From Naegleria gruberi (taxonomy: Eukaryota): DNA of 64,000 nt. Shown piece by piece: positions 1 to 12,342 of this stretch (positions are counted from its first letter, which is position 1; every line of letters starts with the position of its first letter). Location of the stretch: NCBI GenBank assembly GCA_000004985.1, contig GG738854.1; one strand, given 5' to 3'. Below the pieces are notes generated by a model. It was not told where the DNA came from. It was given only the letters and a program-made list of their open reading frames with translations, and made no database searches. The position numbers were made by a program, and so were the translations under genes.

Positions 1-72
1 TGATTTTTCTAATAAAAAATTAAACAATCTTTAAAATTAGTCTCCTCAACCGATTTTTAATTTCTAATAAAA

Positions 73-1812
73 ATGGCAAGAGTAAATGATTATTATTCGA
101 TGGATTGTTCTCCAGAATTTGAAATTAGCAATCATTTGAATTCTTCCTCACAGAAATGTACAACTTTCCACTCATCAACTAATCAAATTCTACCAGATGA
201 AATTATTCAATATCAAATAATACCATTTCTTGATGTGGAAACTTTGTGTTGTAAATTTAGTTTACTTTCTTCACATTTATATAAATTGGCTGAAGACAAT
301 TTGTTGTGGAGAGAAAGATTTTTCAATACTCTGCCAAGTTCTCAATTAGAATTCTTTCAGAACAATCCACTTTATTGGAAACAGTGCTATAATTCAAAAT
401 CAACAAGAAACTACTTTCTCTCACTTTCTCCAACACTTCACGAAAGAATTTATCCTTCTCTTGATGCTTTCAGTGTCAATTTCAAAGATTTGTACAGAAC
501 AACATTTGTTGAGGGCCGTTTAGAAGGAAATCGACTGCTCAACTCTGGTAATTATAAGAGAGATCAATTCTCACACCACATTACTTATTATTATCTGATT
601 GACATTGCTCAGAATTTGAAATTGACAAATGAAGAACTTCGATTGGTTGACAAGGTTTTCGATCAATCAGTTTCTCCAACCATTGAATTTTTCAGAGGAA
701 GAACAAGAGAGAAGGGTGCTCTAAATGATGATGAAACTCGTGAATATTATGGAGTATTTGGTATTGTAATTGGCATCTATTTTGTAATGTATCAGGAATG
801 GATGTCCAATGATTTGAGAGCTCATGTCATTGGTAGAAAATTAACACATCGAGTGAAGGAAGTTTCCAGACATGGAGATGAAATACAGAGAGAGGGTGCG
901 AGTGTTGAATTGAGAACTCATGATTCTGCATTCGATTACAAATACTTTTACAATGAAAAGTTGACATCCACTCCAAAAAATAATGATGATTTTGAACTCT
1001 CGAAATTTGTAAATGGTGATGAGAGTTCTTATCCACAATACTTGTATTTGAATCAATCCACAGAAGATAAATGGGATCAGAGAAGTAAGAGTCAACCAGT
1101 GAGCCTTACTATTCATGGAGTTTGGAGTGATAATAAGGAAAGATGTGGTTTGTTCACAAGTGAAAATATTGATTGGTCAACCAGTGTTTTCGATTTGGCA
1201 ACCCTAGGCAGTAAATTACATGATGTCAATTATAGAAGAGTGTACAGTGTTGATAATGAAGTTAAAATATTCTCCAAGTTGACTGCATTCAAGTATTGGA
1301 AGATGACAACACATATCAAAATAGACGCCACTCTCTCCAATTTCCAATCGACAGAATATAATGTCTCATTTGATTGTGATGCGTATGTGAGAGGAGAGGC
1401 AGCTGTTGCTATTCACCATAGTCAAAGTGGACCTTCATCCTATTCACATCAACATCATACTCATTATCAAATTGTTGGTAATGCAGTGGACAGTTACTTT
1501 TCATTCAATTTACTCAATCGAGGAGAACACATGTTCTTGGCATGGTGTATGTTTGATGATATGAAGAATGAATCCAAATTGAAGAGCGAACAAGCAATCA
1601 GAACTAAAGTTATTACTCCAAAAGAAGCTCCAATCACACCTGAAAAGGTATTGAGTGAGGAGAGAAGAAAGATGGTCCTATCATCAGACAAGTGTGGAAT
1701 GTTTCCAACCATGGACCAATTCAAACTTTCAGGAATATTGGTAGATCGTGATGGAGTGAAGGGATATGTTGAGCTAGAGCCAAGAATTCACCTCAAACAA
1801 CAACAGCAATAA
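73..1812 (+). CDS. F-box domain protein (single exon)
   Basis: 579-aa ORF with an ATG after an A-run. N-terminal 'LPDEIIQYQIIPFLDVETLCCKFSLLSSHLYKLAEDNLLWRERF' matches the F-box consensus (LPxEI..IF..L......VCK.W..L..D..LW). No introns are needed. Confidence 0.6.
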   Translation: MARVNDYYSMDCSPEFEISNHLNSSSQKCTTFHSSTNQILPDEIIQYQIIPFLDVETLCCKFSLLSSHLYKLAEDNLLWRERFFNTLPSSQLEFFQNNPLYWKQCYNSKSTRNYFLSLSPTLHERIYPSLDAFSVNFKDLYRTTFVEGRLEGNRLLNSGNYKRDQFSHHITYYYLIDIAQNLKLTNEELRLVDKVFDQSVSPTIEFFRGRTREKGALNDDETREYYGVFGIVIGIYFVMYQEWMSNDLRAHVIGRKLTHRVKEVSRHGDEIQREGASVELRTHDSAFDYKYFYNEKLTSTPKNNDDFELSKFVNGDESSYPQYLYLNQSTEDKWDQRSKSQPVSLTIHGVWSDNKERCGLFTSENIDWSTSVFDLATLGSKLHDVNYRRVYSVDNEVKIFSKLTAFKYWKMTTHIKIDATLSNFQSTEYNVSFDCDAYVRGEAAVAIHHSQSGPSSYSHQHHTHYQIVGNAVDSYFSFNLLNRGEHMFLAWCMFDDMKNESKLKSEQAIRTKVITPKEAPITPEKVLSEERRKMVLSSDKCGMFPTMDQFKLSGILVDRDGVKGYVELEPRIHLKQQQQ

Positions 1813-1927
1813 ATTTCAAAAATAAATTTCAATATCTTTCAAAATTATCCACACATTCAAAAAGTTTCATATTTCAATTTAAAAATAATTTAGTTGGCAA
1901 AATTTTGCAGCATTATTACAAATGAAC

Positions 1928-2924
1928 TTATTGTTCTCTCTTTCTTAATTCTTCTTCATCCTCAGTTTCTTCACTAATCAATTTTTGAATATCAAATGTG
2001 TACTCAGCAGAACCACTTCCGAATCCCTTAACTAACATGTTCTTTTCAATGTATTTATCAAAAGTTTCAGAAATTTCCTTATCGTTACCCTTGAGCATGA
2101 CGTACTTTTCAACAGTTTCCTTGGCCAAGAATGGCTTGACGAAAGCCCAGATCATTGAAATAGTCCAACCAGCATTGAGAACCATAGTACGAGCCAATCT
2201 TTCAGTGTAATAATTACCCAATTGCACGAATCTAAATTCAATAATTGTAAATTACATTCAATAATAATACTAAATACATACGTATCCTTCATTTCCTTGA
2301 CCAAACCCATTGAGAGTGATGAGTCCTTCAAGTCAACCAACCAAACAATATTGTTAACACCTTCTGGCATTCTCTTGATGCACTTTTCCATCATGTAGAC
2401 GAAGAGTTTGAACTTCATCTTCTTATTTTCTTCAGTATTGTCAGCAGTGTCCTTACCCAAGAGACAGTAGATAATTGGACGACCAGACTATTTTTCATCA
2501 TCATCAAATTAAAATCCATAAAGTAAAAAGCTATTTCTACTATTACAACTACTATTATACTAACCTTATCATAACCATAATGGTAGAGGAATCCTTGCTT
2601 GGCAATTGGTTCAAGATCCTTCAATCTAATATCTTGTGGACGGAATGAAGCTCTCCAATCCATAGTTTCCTTCAATTGCTTGGAGGCAACTTCCATATTC
2701 CATTGCAAACCAGAAAGATAACGGAAGAGACACATGTCATCAAGGAAGGCCTTTTGTTCTTCATCCAAATTCCAAGTTTCACTAATCTTACGAAGGTCTT
2801 CCATGAGCTTCTTTTGTTCATCAGTGAGTTTAGAGAGTGGTGAAACAACAGAAGATCTAACTTCTTCAGCTAATTTACCATAGGTTTCATCTCTTCCGGA
2901 AGGTAAGAAACTGTCTCTGACCAT
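1928..2924 (-). CDS. Sec14-like phosphatidylinositol transfer protein (CRAL-TRIO), 3 exons
   Basis: Minus-strand exons are 2924..2565, 2487..2282 and 2231..1928 (TAA stop at 1928-1930). Intron 1 is 2564..2488 (GTTAGT..TAG, 77 nt) and intron 2 is 2281..2232 (GTATGT..TAG, 50 nt); phases are consistent (0 and 2), giving about 289 aa. Motifs: 'SGRPIIYCLLGKD', 'FVQLGNYYTERLARTMVLNAGW', 'KPFLAKETVEKYVMLKG'. The three track ORFs (1928..2227, 2152..2460, 2415..2972) are these exons. Confidence 0.75.
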
Positions 2925-4205
2925 TTTGATTTCTACATGAATATAATCAATATTTAAATTATTATATAACAATATATTTTCATCAAATCACATAAATTAT
3001 ACAACAAAATCAAAAACGGATAATTATTATGATGAGTAAATCATATTGATTTAAATGATCCAAAAATCACACAAGTTATAATCACCACCATTGATGCAAA
3101 TCACCATCATCAACACGTCAATCAACAATATGGAATAACAATAATTAGCCTTTGGAAAATTCCATCACACAAAAAACATACAAGTTGAGGAGAAGGTTTA
3201 AGAATTTGAGTTTTTTTTAAAAATCTAATTTGTGTGCTGGATGATGAAAGTAGATATTGCTGATGAACCAAAGGGCAGAATGCAAATAAAAGGTGAGAAT
3301 CATCATCCTAACGGTAATGTTCTTGATGAGTTTGGTGGAGGTATGGATTATTATCTTGTTTCCAAAGCGATAACTGTCATTAATATGAAATATTGTTACT
3401 TGGTGAATAAATATGTAGAAATAGTCGGCTTTGATGACCGTTACGCACTATTCCCGCTCATTAAATTTATTAATTTAAAAAAAAGTCTTTAAAGATTCTT
3501 GAATTACCTCTTGATAATCGGGTTCTTGTATCAAATCAATTGAATAATAATAATTTTATGTAGATTAAACTATTGTGCTGAACTCGAAAAGATTGTAAGC
3601 ATCAATGCATATATCTTTTGAGTTTGGAATTTCTTGCTTGTACAGAATGCCAAGCAGTGTCGATGGTTAGATTGGAAATTAGAAACAACAAAGGCAACAA
3701 CATGGATTGTCTTTTAAGTGTCGCATGTTTAATAGTAGATCCACTGTGCGCTTACTGAAAGTTGTTGTTAGTAAGATCCTCAAAGGGATGATAAACTCCA
3801 CTCACGAATGTTGCCTCTTAATTTCCAAAAGGCCCAATTCATTTCGAAAAGGAAACAACCTGTAGAGGCTTTTAACTTGTAGTACCAAGTTCAGTGAGCC
3901 AATGAAGAAAGAAACAAAGCAAGGACCTCTTTCAGTCAATAGTTTATCTTTGGATCACAATTTAATGTTGTCTTTCATTGAATACTGTTGTGATATGTTA
4001 ATGTTTGTTTGTATTTAACACATGAATGGCTAGATTAATTTATTTCGTGCATACAACTGATGTCTAAAACATTTTTGTTTGGAGTTGTCATGGCATCTAA
4101 CTCTTGATTGTGAAATACCCCATAATTGTAAGGTTTAATTCTCATTCGGACAACCCAAAATTCGAGGGACCAAAACACAATTCAAACGAAAACAAAAACA
4201 ACAAA

Positions 4206-7200
4206 ATGGTGCACCAAACTGAGTCGTCACCACTTTCCCATGGTGTTGAATCAGAAAGCTGCCGAAAGTCATCTGCGCATCACGGATTAACAACAAGAAC
4301 TCTTCCTCTCATAACGATCCTTCTATTCATTGGATATTGTTGGGTTTTTGTATCATCTTTAACTTTTTTATGGAATCACTCAACTACTAGTAATTACACA
4401 CGCAATTCGCCCAGTTTCGTCTTCATTGAAGCTGCTAATATTTGTTACACAATTTCAAGTACTGATCCAACCGTTTGCTCTGGTAATGGCACATGTATTG
4501 CTTTGAATACTTGTCAATGTTATCCAGGCTATTCAGGTAAGTTTACTTTCGAATTAACGTTGTGATAATCATTTCGTAGGAAATAAATGTACAACACTAA
4601 TAACATGTAATAACCTTGGAGTTAATGATACACAGGTTTGTTCGGGGCACGGTGTTTGTATCGCCAAAAACAATTGTACATGTACAGATGGATATTCAGG
4701 AGCTAGATGTCAAACCGCCATGCAATGTTATGGAATTGACTTTACCAACACGACCTATGTCTGTAACGGTAATGGTAATTGCACTGCTGCCAACAACTGC
4801 ACCTGTAAAGATGGATTTTCAGGTACCAGATGTCAAACAATCAGACAATGTAGTAACATTGATTTTAATGATCCAACAGTTTGTTCTGGCAAAGGATCTT
4901 GTGTTTCGAATAATAATTGTGAATGTCTAACTGGTTATACAGGTAGTCAATGCCAAAATGTCATGAAATGTTACACAATCCCATTTAATGATCCAAGCGT
5001 TTGTTCTGGAAAAGGTCAATGCATTGCTTCGAATAATTGTTCATGTATTCAAGGATTTTCTGGGACTAAATGTCAGAATGATGATTCTATATTTACGTGT
5101 TTTGGTTTTAACTCGACTAACCCTTTGGTTTGTTCTGGAAATGGAAATTGTACATCGAATGGAAATTGTACATGTAAAGAGGGATTTTCTGGGACTAAAT
5201 GTCAAAATGATGACAGCTACTTTACTTGTTATGATATTGATCCATCAAATACAACCTATGTCTGTAATGGAAATGGAAATTGCACAGCTCAAAATAATTG
5301 CACTTGTAAGGAAGGATATTCAGGAACCAGATGTCAAAACGCCATGCAATGTTATGGAATTGACTTTACCAACACGACCTATGTCTGTAACGGTAATGGT
5401 AATTGCACAGCTGCCAACAACTGCACCTGTAAAGATGGATTTTCAGGTACCAGATGTCAAACTAACAATAATTTAATTACATGTGGTGGACTACTTCCAA
5501 TTGATCCACAAGTTTGTTCTGGAAATGGAAATTGCACTGCCAAAAATAATTGTGATTGCCTTTATGGATACGTTGGTAATCAATGTGCTGATTTACTTCA
5601 ATGCTTTACAATTAATTACAGTGAAAGTTCTGTTTGTTCTGGAAATGGAATTTGCATTGAAAAAAACAACTGCTCCTGCTTTGATGGATATACAGGAAAC
5701 AAATGTCAGACATCAATTCTTCATACATGTTATGGATTAAATGAAACTGATCCACTGATATGCTCTGGAAATGGACAATGTGTTCAGAACAATAATTGCT
5801 CATGTATTTATGGATATAGTGGAAATCAATGTCAAAAAGTGTTGAAATGTCACACCATTACATTCAATGATCCATTGGTATGTTCTGGAAATGGAAATTG
5901 TTCGTTGGATGGAAATTGTACTTGTAAACAAGGTTTCAGTGGTAACAAGTGTCAAAATGATGATTCAGTTTTCTCATGTTACGGTTTTAATTCGACAGAT
6001 CCATTGGTTTGTTCTGGAAATGGTAATTGTACTGCTGACAATCAGTGCAATTGTACAGATGGCTTTAGTGGAAATAAGTGTCAGAATAATGATAATTTAT
6101 TCACATGTAATGGAATTGATTCGAATAATGCAACTGTTTGTAGTGGAAATGGAATTTGTATTTCACAGAATAATTGTTCTTGTTTTTCTGGATTTTCTGG
6201 AAACAGGTGCCAAAAGGATGACAATTTTTTCACTTGTTTTGGTATTGACCTATCAAATTCCACAGTTTGTAATGGAAATGGTATTTGCGTTTCACAAAAC
6301 AATTGCACCTGCTTTAGTGGCTATTCAGGAAACAAATGTCAAAATAATGACATGATTATCAGATGTTACGGAATTGAGTCTACTGATAGCTCAGTATGTT
6401 CTGGTCGTGGTAATTGCACCTTTGATAATACTTGTAAATGCAAAGATGGATTCAGTGGAAGTCAATGTCAAAATGATGATAATATTCTCAAATGTTATGG
6501 AGTTGAGTTCAACAGTCCATTTGTTTGCTCTGGAAATGGAAATTGTTCTTCATTTGGTAATTGCTCATGTTTTGAGGGATTTTCAGGGAAAAAATGTGAA
6601 TTTGATTTGAATTCCAATGAGACAGCATCATCTAATTATACATGTTATGGTATTAATGGTGGATTATCTACTGTTTGTTCAGGAAATGGAAATTGCATTG
6701 CAGATAATGTTTGCGAATGTTTCTATGGATTTGATGGGTCTCAGTGTCAGAAAACACTTCAATGTTATGGAATTGATTACAATAATCCAAGCGTATGTTC
6801 AGGCAATGGTATTTGTAATTCAAGAAACTCTTGTTCATGTTATGAAAATTACGTTGACACCAAATGTCAAACGTACAGAGATCCAAACGCCACCTCATTC
6901 AAATGTTATGGTGTTCAATCGAATGATTCAAGTGTTTGTTCTGGCAGAGGAAACTGCACAGCAGATAATTTCTGTGAATGTCAAACAGGCTTTAAAGGTT
7001 CCAAATGTCAAAATTTGGTCAACTATTGCTTTGGCATTGATGAATATTCCAACAATGTTTGTTCAGGAAATGGAAAATGCACAAGTCAAGATACATGTGA
7101 ATGCTCTTCCAATTATTTTGGAAACGATTGTGGTGTTTACATTCTTCCAGAAACAAGTACAATCAAGATTCTTTCCAAATATTTGTATTTGATTGATAGT

Positions 7201-10008
7201 GCAACAGAGAATAATGTGATAACAGTTAGATCACAAAGATTGGTTAATAATTATAAGGGAATGGAAAGTAGATTGAAAAGCGTGTTGATTTTGTCAACTG
7301 AGCTAGTCAATTATGAATTTTCCCAAATTGGGCTTTTTGACAAGTTACAATTGTTTTCAAATATGACTGTTGGTGAATATACAGCAAATTTGACGATTGT
7401 AGATACTGGTTACAATATTGTTGTTGGACAATCTATTGTAAAGTCACTATTTAATGTTATGACTCTCCAACAATTGAGTCAACCTGAAATTCTTTCAAAA
7501 TTAACACCTAAGGAAATTAATCAAATTACAAGAGAATTGAAAAGAATATCAAATGACCAACAAGTTGTCTCCAATATAGTTTCGAATTTCAAGGATAATG
7601 TCAATAACTATACTTTGGATGATGGTTTGGATTTGACATCTTCTTTATTAGATTTGTCAATAACTAAATTAGAATCTAAAGAAAAGATAACTATTTCAGA
7701 AACATTAACTTCTTTCACGCAGAATTTAATTGAAAGCTCGTCAAATTTCACTTCAGAACAAGTGACACCTATTGCCATCAATATTGTGTCTGTGGCTTCA
7801 AATATTCTCGACAATTCTGGCGATAATTCAGCTGGTAAATCGCAAATAATTGGAAAGTCAATCGAATCTATTGAAAAAACTATTTCTTTAATTTCAGTTG
7901 TAAACTCGACAGAAAATTTATTGATTACAACTTCAAAGATTATGGTTTTGCTAATTTCCAAGGCAGAATATAAGAATTCACACGTGATCGATAAGGATTA
8001 TTCTTTATCTCTTCCAGAACTCGATTTTGGATTTTCGTTTGGTTTAGTCAAGTATGAAAATTATTTGACAGATGACTTACAGAATACTACAGCTATTTCA
8101 GATATTCTACAAGTGAGACCATTATCAAATGGAGTATTCACACCACTCCGTAATCTTTTAACTCCATTCAACTTGACCTTCTCTATTAAGAAATACGAAA
8201 CCCCAAATAATGAAACAATCGCAACTGTTGTTTGTAAATATTGGAATGAAACAAGAAGTGAATGGTTGAAGGACGGCTGTGTAACTACAATATTATCAGA
8301 AACTCAAGTAATGTGTTCTTGCTATCACACAACCAAGTTTTCTTCATTTGTAGATTATTCGAATATTGACTTTACAACAAGAACAGCTCAATCTTCACTT
8401 GCAGTTGCTAATATTATATTTAGTTCTATATTCATTGTAATCATTATTGTAATTCTCATTCTATTAGTGGTGTTTAGAAAATCTCAACCTGTCAAATCAA
8501 GACACGTGACTCCTTACCTTGCATTGACATCCTTACTCATTGAAAACTTAGTTTCTGGAATAATTTCTAAAGGACTTTTACTTGACAAGTACAATTTCAA
8601 TATAACCATCATGACAAGCGTCTGTGCAGTCATTTCTACTGCTTTATTGACAAGCGCAGTTTGGTGTTATTTCGTCATGTCTGTTCGATTCATTATTCAT
8701 AGATATTTCTATGAATACATGATGAGAATAGTAGAAAATAGACAGCAGAAGAATAATCTATTAATCAAGATTTTGAATATTTTCAAGCAAGATAAGGTTT
8801 TGATCTTGTCAAGTGTCATGCTTGCTGTTGGATTTATTTTATATTTTGCTATTTTTGTAATTTTGAGAGGAGTTTCTGTATTTTCTGATTCACAATTTAC
8901 CTATTCAACTACTATTTCATTATTTATTTTTTTACTTTCAATGACAGCAATGATTTTTGGCATTTATATTTTAGATTTTTATTTGGATTGCACTAACAAG
9001 CAATTAAGAGATGAATTGGTTGATATTTCAGATGAAATAATGTTAGTAGAAAGTGGAGACTCCCACCTAAGCAATTTGAATTCCAGAAAATCACTCAAGA
9101 TTACAAAACCATTTATTGAGCTATTGGAACAATCTCAAGTGAAAAAGATTGTGAGCTTGTTTTATTCGAATGACAAGCTCATGTTTAGACCAGAGGCAGT
9201 TTTCTTCATGACTGGTATGCTCTTCTTTACAGTTTCGTACTGTTTAGGATTTGCAAGCGTCAATGATCGTTACTTAATCAACCCTTCAGCTGCCATAACT
9301 CAACATGTTGATGTGTTAGATGCCATATCATTCCTCTTTGACATTCTCATGACTATTTGTTTTATCATTAGTTTCGGTGGTTTCTCCGTTTGTTGGGCCA
9401 TTGTAATTGAATCCAGAAAGAAGAATTGTTTCGTTGAATCTAAACAAGTTGTTATTAAGGAACGAATTAAGTCTCAAAGATTGGAAAATCTTGCAGATAT
9501 GACCGACAAGTTTGATATTTACAAACTCATGAAAAACAAGTATTTGCTTAGATTATTCCGTCAATATTCGAAACTGGAAATGTCATTAGAAAATTATGTA
9601 ATTTGGATGAGAATTGAACATGCCAAGTCTAAATTTGCTAAATTATGGATAGAAATGGAAGGAGAACCAGAATCGATTGAGGAATGGAATTTATTGTTAC
9701 AAGAATTGGAGGAATGGTTGACAGAGCATATTTCATCAGAAGCTGAGCTATCTCTCAATGTCAGTGCTCGTTCAAAGAAGCAGTTTGTGACAGCAGTGAG
9801 AGTATTGGAAACTAAGGTTGCAAGTATTCCATCAAAGAATAGAGATTCTTTATTGAATTTGAAACAAACTGTCAGAGATGCTATTGAATCATTGACCACT
9901 GATGTTTTATATAATTTGATGGACACTTATTCAAGATTTATCATTACTAATGAATACAAAGCCATGAAGGAAGTAGAAGCAGTTACAGAAATGACAACTT
10001 TCAAATAA
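4206..10008 (+). CDS. adhesion-GPCR-like receptor (latrophilin-like, LrlA-type): N-terminal signal anchor, ~34 EGF-like repeats, GPS motif, 7TM; 2 exons
   Basis: Exon 1 is 4206..4536 (ATG 'aaacaacaaaATGgtg'; M-VHQTES.., then TM 'LPLITILLFIGYCWVFVSSLTFL', then the first EGF module). The intron is 4537..4579 (GTAAGT..TAG, 43 nt, phase 1). Exon 2 is 4580..10008, joining the 1762-aa track ORF in frame. Tandem 'C.G.D...P.VCSGNG.C...N.C.C..GFSG..CQ' modules run through about 7140. The GPS motif 'CKYWNETRSEWLKDGCVTTILSETQVMCSCYHTTKFSSF' lies at about 8232-8350, followed by seven hydrophobic helices (about 8400-9420) and a cytoplasmic tail. About 1919 aa. Confidence 0.7.
4700..4838 (+). repeat. intragenic near-identical direct repeat, copy 1 (one EGF unit)
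   Basis: Bases 4720-4838 match 5344-5462 at 118 of 119 positions (actgctgcc vs acagctgcc). Identity extends about 20 nt upstream with 1-2 mismatches. This explains the identical alternative-frame track ORFs 4616..4930 and 4988..5476. Confidence 0.8.
5324..5462 (+). repeat. intragenic near-identical direct repeat, copy 2
   Basis: See copy 1. The two copies are 624 nt apart inside the EGF-repeat array of the adhesion-GPCR-like gene. Confidence 0.8.
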
Positions 10009-10308
10009 CATTTTAAATAGCTGATTGTGAATAGTGATAACTAGTGTTAATATTTTATTGAATGAAAATTTCTGGTAGATTTAGTTTACAGTAACCATTG
10101 TATTACACAGATATTTACAGTTCATTGTAATTTAGGATATCCTCTTTAAATGTTTCGAATAGCTTTAATAATGACAGATGTTTTCCATCAACACAATTTT
10201 TTGTTTTTCGTAGAACACATTTATACACCAACTCGTCAAGTCACTCATTTCGAATTAGGAATTCATCATTTCCATCAGCACAACAGAAACTTAAAAACAC
10301 AAAAAAAA

Positions 10309-12342
10309 ATGCAAGATTCCATTAGCACCAGTAGCTCTGGCAGTAGTAGTAGACAATTCATCAATCCAAGCTTGTTTAAACCATACTCCGCTACACCTTC
10401 TTCTGAGCAAGGTCAACAAGACGAAACAATTTACATTTCGGATAAACCATTTCCACTATTCGAATTCGATGCTACCAAAGAGAAATGGCAGATGAATCAA
10501 GATGCCTTTGCTAAATTAGAAACTGTGAGTGGTTCTGGCTTTGTGAAAGTAATTTCTGTGGTTGGTGCCTATCGTTTAGGTAAAAGTTATTTGATGAATC
10601 AGATAATGAATGGTAAGAAAGGAGGTTTCGAATTGGGACACACCACAGAGAGTATGACTAAAGGTGTATGGGCCTGGGGTGAGGTTGTTCATGATCCACA
10701 AGTTGGCACTCATATTCTTCTCTGTTTGGATTCTGAAGGTCTTTTAGATGTCGATAGAGAGGACGAAACTTTTGACATGTCACTTTTCTGCATATTGACA
10801 ATGTTGTCAAGTTATATGATTATCAATTTGGAAAAGAGAATAAGTAGCGATGATCTTAACAAGTTGGCTTTTGCATCTGATTTTACAAATATGATTGTCA
10901 CTGATCAACAAGATGACAAGGATTACAATCATGAAGATATTCAATATTATACTCCACAATTATTATGGCTAGTAAGAGATTTTACATTGAAATTGAAAGG
11001 AACAGAGCAAGAATACTTGAATGAGATATTAAATGAAGAGGATAAAAAGAAAAAGTCAAATGTCTCTCTAATTAAGAAGAATATTAAGAAGTATTTTGGT
11101 GACAAGATGGAGCTCAAGACTTTACCATGTCCAAGCAGTGATGAAGATGTATTGACAACCATTGAAGAGAGTGGTGATCAATTATCTGAGAAATTTGTTA
11201 ATGGAATGAAATCTTTGGTCAACCACATTAGAACAACAGCTTCCCTTAAAAAGATACTTTCTCCAAAGAGTAATCGTGAAATGTATCTCGACACAATGGG
11301 ATTTTACTATTATTGTAGAAAATTAGTGGAACAATTGAATGAAAATGCCAAACAAATTCAAATTCCAAACACATTCGAATCAGTCTTGACACAACAACTT
11401 GAATCTATTCTAAACGAAACGTTGGAGAATTATGATAAGAAGATTCAAAGCTTTATTGCTAAATTCCCAATTGAGGAAGATTCCCTCTTGGATATTCATA
11501 GTGAAGTTTCCAATTTTTATATGCAGAAAGCTCTCAATAGAGTTCCACATTTCAAGAGAGAAGAATTCCATGAAACTTTGTTGATTTCCCTTGGAGAAGT
11601 TTCGTTTAAGGATAATCCAGAAGAAGTTCAATTGAATTCTAGTTCCAAACTATACAATCTTCTTGAGAGAAACAGGGACGAATCTGAAAGATATTGTGAA
11701 CAAATCTATATTAAGGAAATTAATTCTGTCAAGTCAAAGATGTACTCTGTTGTTGAACAATGCAGAAGTGATTTGGAATTTGTTAGAGCTAATCTTCTTC
11801 AACAATTGATGGGTCCAGCTGCCAACAAGTACATGACTAAATTCTTCAGTGAATCCCAAGAAATAATGAAACAAACTATTCTCTGTCAAAAGATTGATCA
11901 AGCAGAGAAGGAAAAGGAGGTTTTAAAGGAGGAGATTTATAATATGAAAGAACAAAGAAAGCAACTGGTTGAGCTCATTCAAAAAGAACGAACACAAACA
12001 AACTCTGCCATGCAACAATTGCAGAGTCAACAACAAGCTCTCGAACAGCAAATTCAATTAGAAAAACAATCAGCCTCAAGTCAGATCAGTAACTTGAAAA
12101 ATCAATTGGAAAATATACCAAAGGCCACACCAACAGTCATTTACCAAACTGTTTCAGAGCCAAGCAAAAGTACTTGTAGTAGTAGTAGAAGTAGTAGATA
12201 TTACTCTAGCTCAGATGATGATGATTATTATTCAAGAGGTAGTAGAAGAAGCAGTGGTGGTAGAAGTGGAAAAACATTTTACAAAGGTGGCCAGTTTATT
12301 CCAGGTGGTGGAAGAGCTCCAAAAGGAGGCGTTTGGATGTAA
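10309..12342 (+). CDS. guanylate-binding-protein (GBP)-like large GTPase, dynamin superfamily
   Basis: Start taken at 'aaaaaaaaATGcaagattcc' (10309); the upstream part of the 10150 track ORF begins with a non-ATG codon and looks like 5' leader. The P-loop 'VVGAYRLGKSYLMNQIM' matches GBP 'GLYRTGKSYLMN'. The downstream helical domain has coiled-coil Q-rich segments and an S/R/G-rich C-tail. Confidence 0.65.
   Translation: MQDSISTSSSGSSSRQFINPSLFKPYSATPSSEQGQQDETIYISDKPFPLFEFDATKEKWQMNQDAFAKLETVSGSGFVKVISVVGAYRLGKSYLMNQIMNGKKGGFELGHTTESMTKGVWAWGEVVHDPQVGTHILLCLDSEGLLDVDREDETFDMSLFCILTMLSSYMIINLEKRISSDDLNKLAFASDFTNMIVTDQQDDKDYNHEDIQYYTPQLLWLVRDFTLKLKGTEQEYLNEILNEEDKKKKSNVSLIKKNIKKYFGDKMELKTLPCPSSDEDVLTTIEESGDQLSEKFVNGMKSLVNHIRTTASLKKILSPKSNREMYLDTMGFYYYCRKLVEQLNENAKQIQIPNTFESVLTQQLESILNETLENYDKKIQSFIAKFPIEEDSLLDIHSEVSNFYMQKALNRVPHFKREEFHETLLISLGEVSFKDNPEEVQLNSSSKLYNLLERNRDESERYCEQIYIKEINSVKSKMYSVVEQCRSDLEFVRANLLQQLMGPAANKYMTKFFSESQEIMKQTILCQKIDQAEKEKEVLKEEIYNMKEQRKQLVELIQKERTQTNSAMQQLQSQQQALEQQIQLEKQSASSQISNLKNQLENIPKATPTVIYQTVSEPSKSTCSSSRSSRYYSSSDDDDYYSRGSRRSSGGRSGKTFYKGGQFIPGGGRAPKGGVWM

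Noticed and set aside
4616-7192. Several 75-190-aa ORFs in alternative frames and the antisense strand inside the EGF-repeat region (4616..4930, 4988..5476, 5483..5740, 5867..6355, 6374..6610, 6617..7192, 5612..5803, 6081..6308, 6668..6898)
   Set aside because: They lie wholly inside the 1762-aa EGF/GPCR frame. The repetitive TG/TC-rich codons of Cys/Gly/Asn repeats generate open alternative frames, whose translations are hydrophobic junk (MEMEI.. repeats).
10150-10308. N-terminal 53 codons of the GBP track ORF
   Set aside because: The track ORF begins with a non-ATG codon. The first ATG with a classic A-run context is at 10309, and the upstream translation ('IALIMTDVFHQHNF..') is not protein-like.
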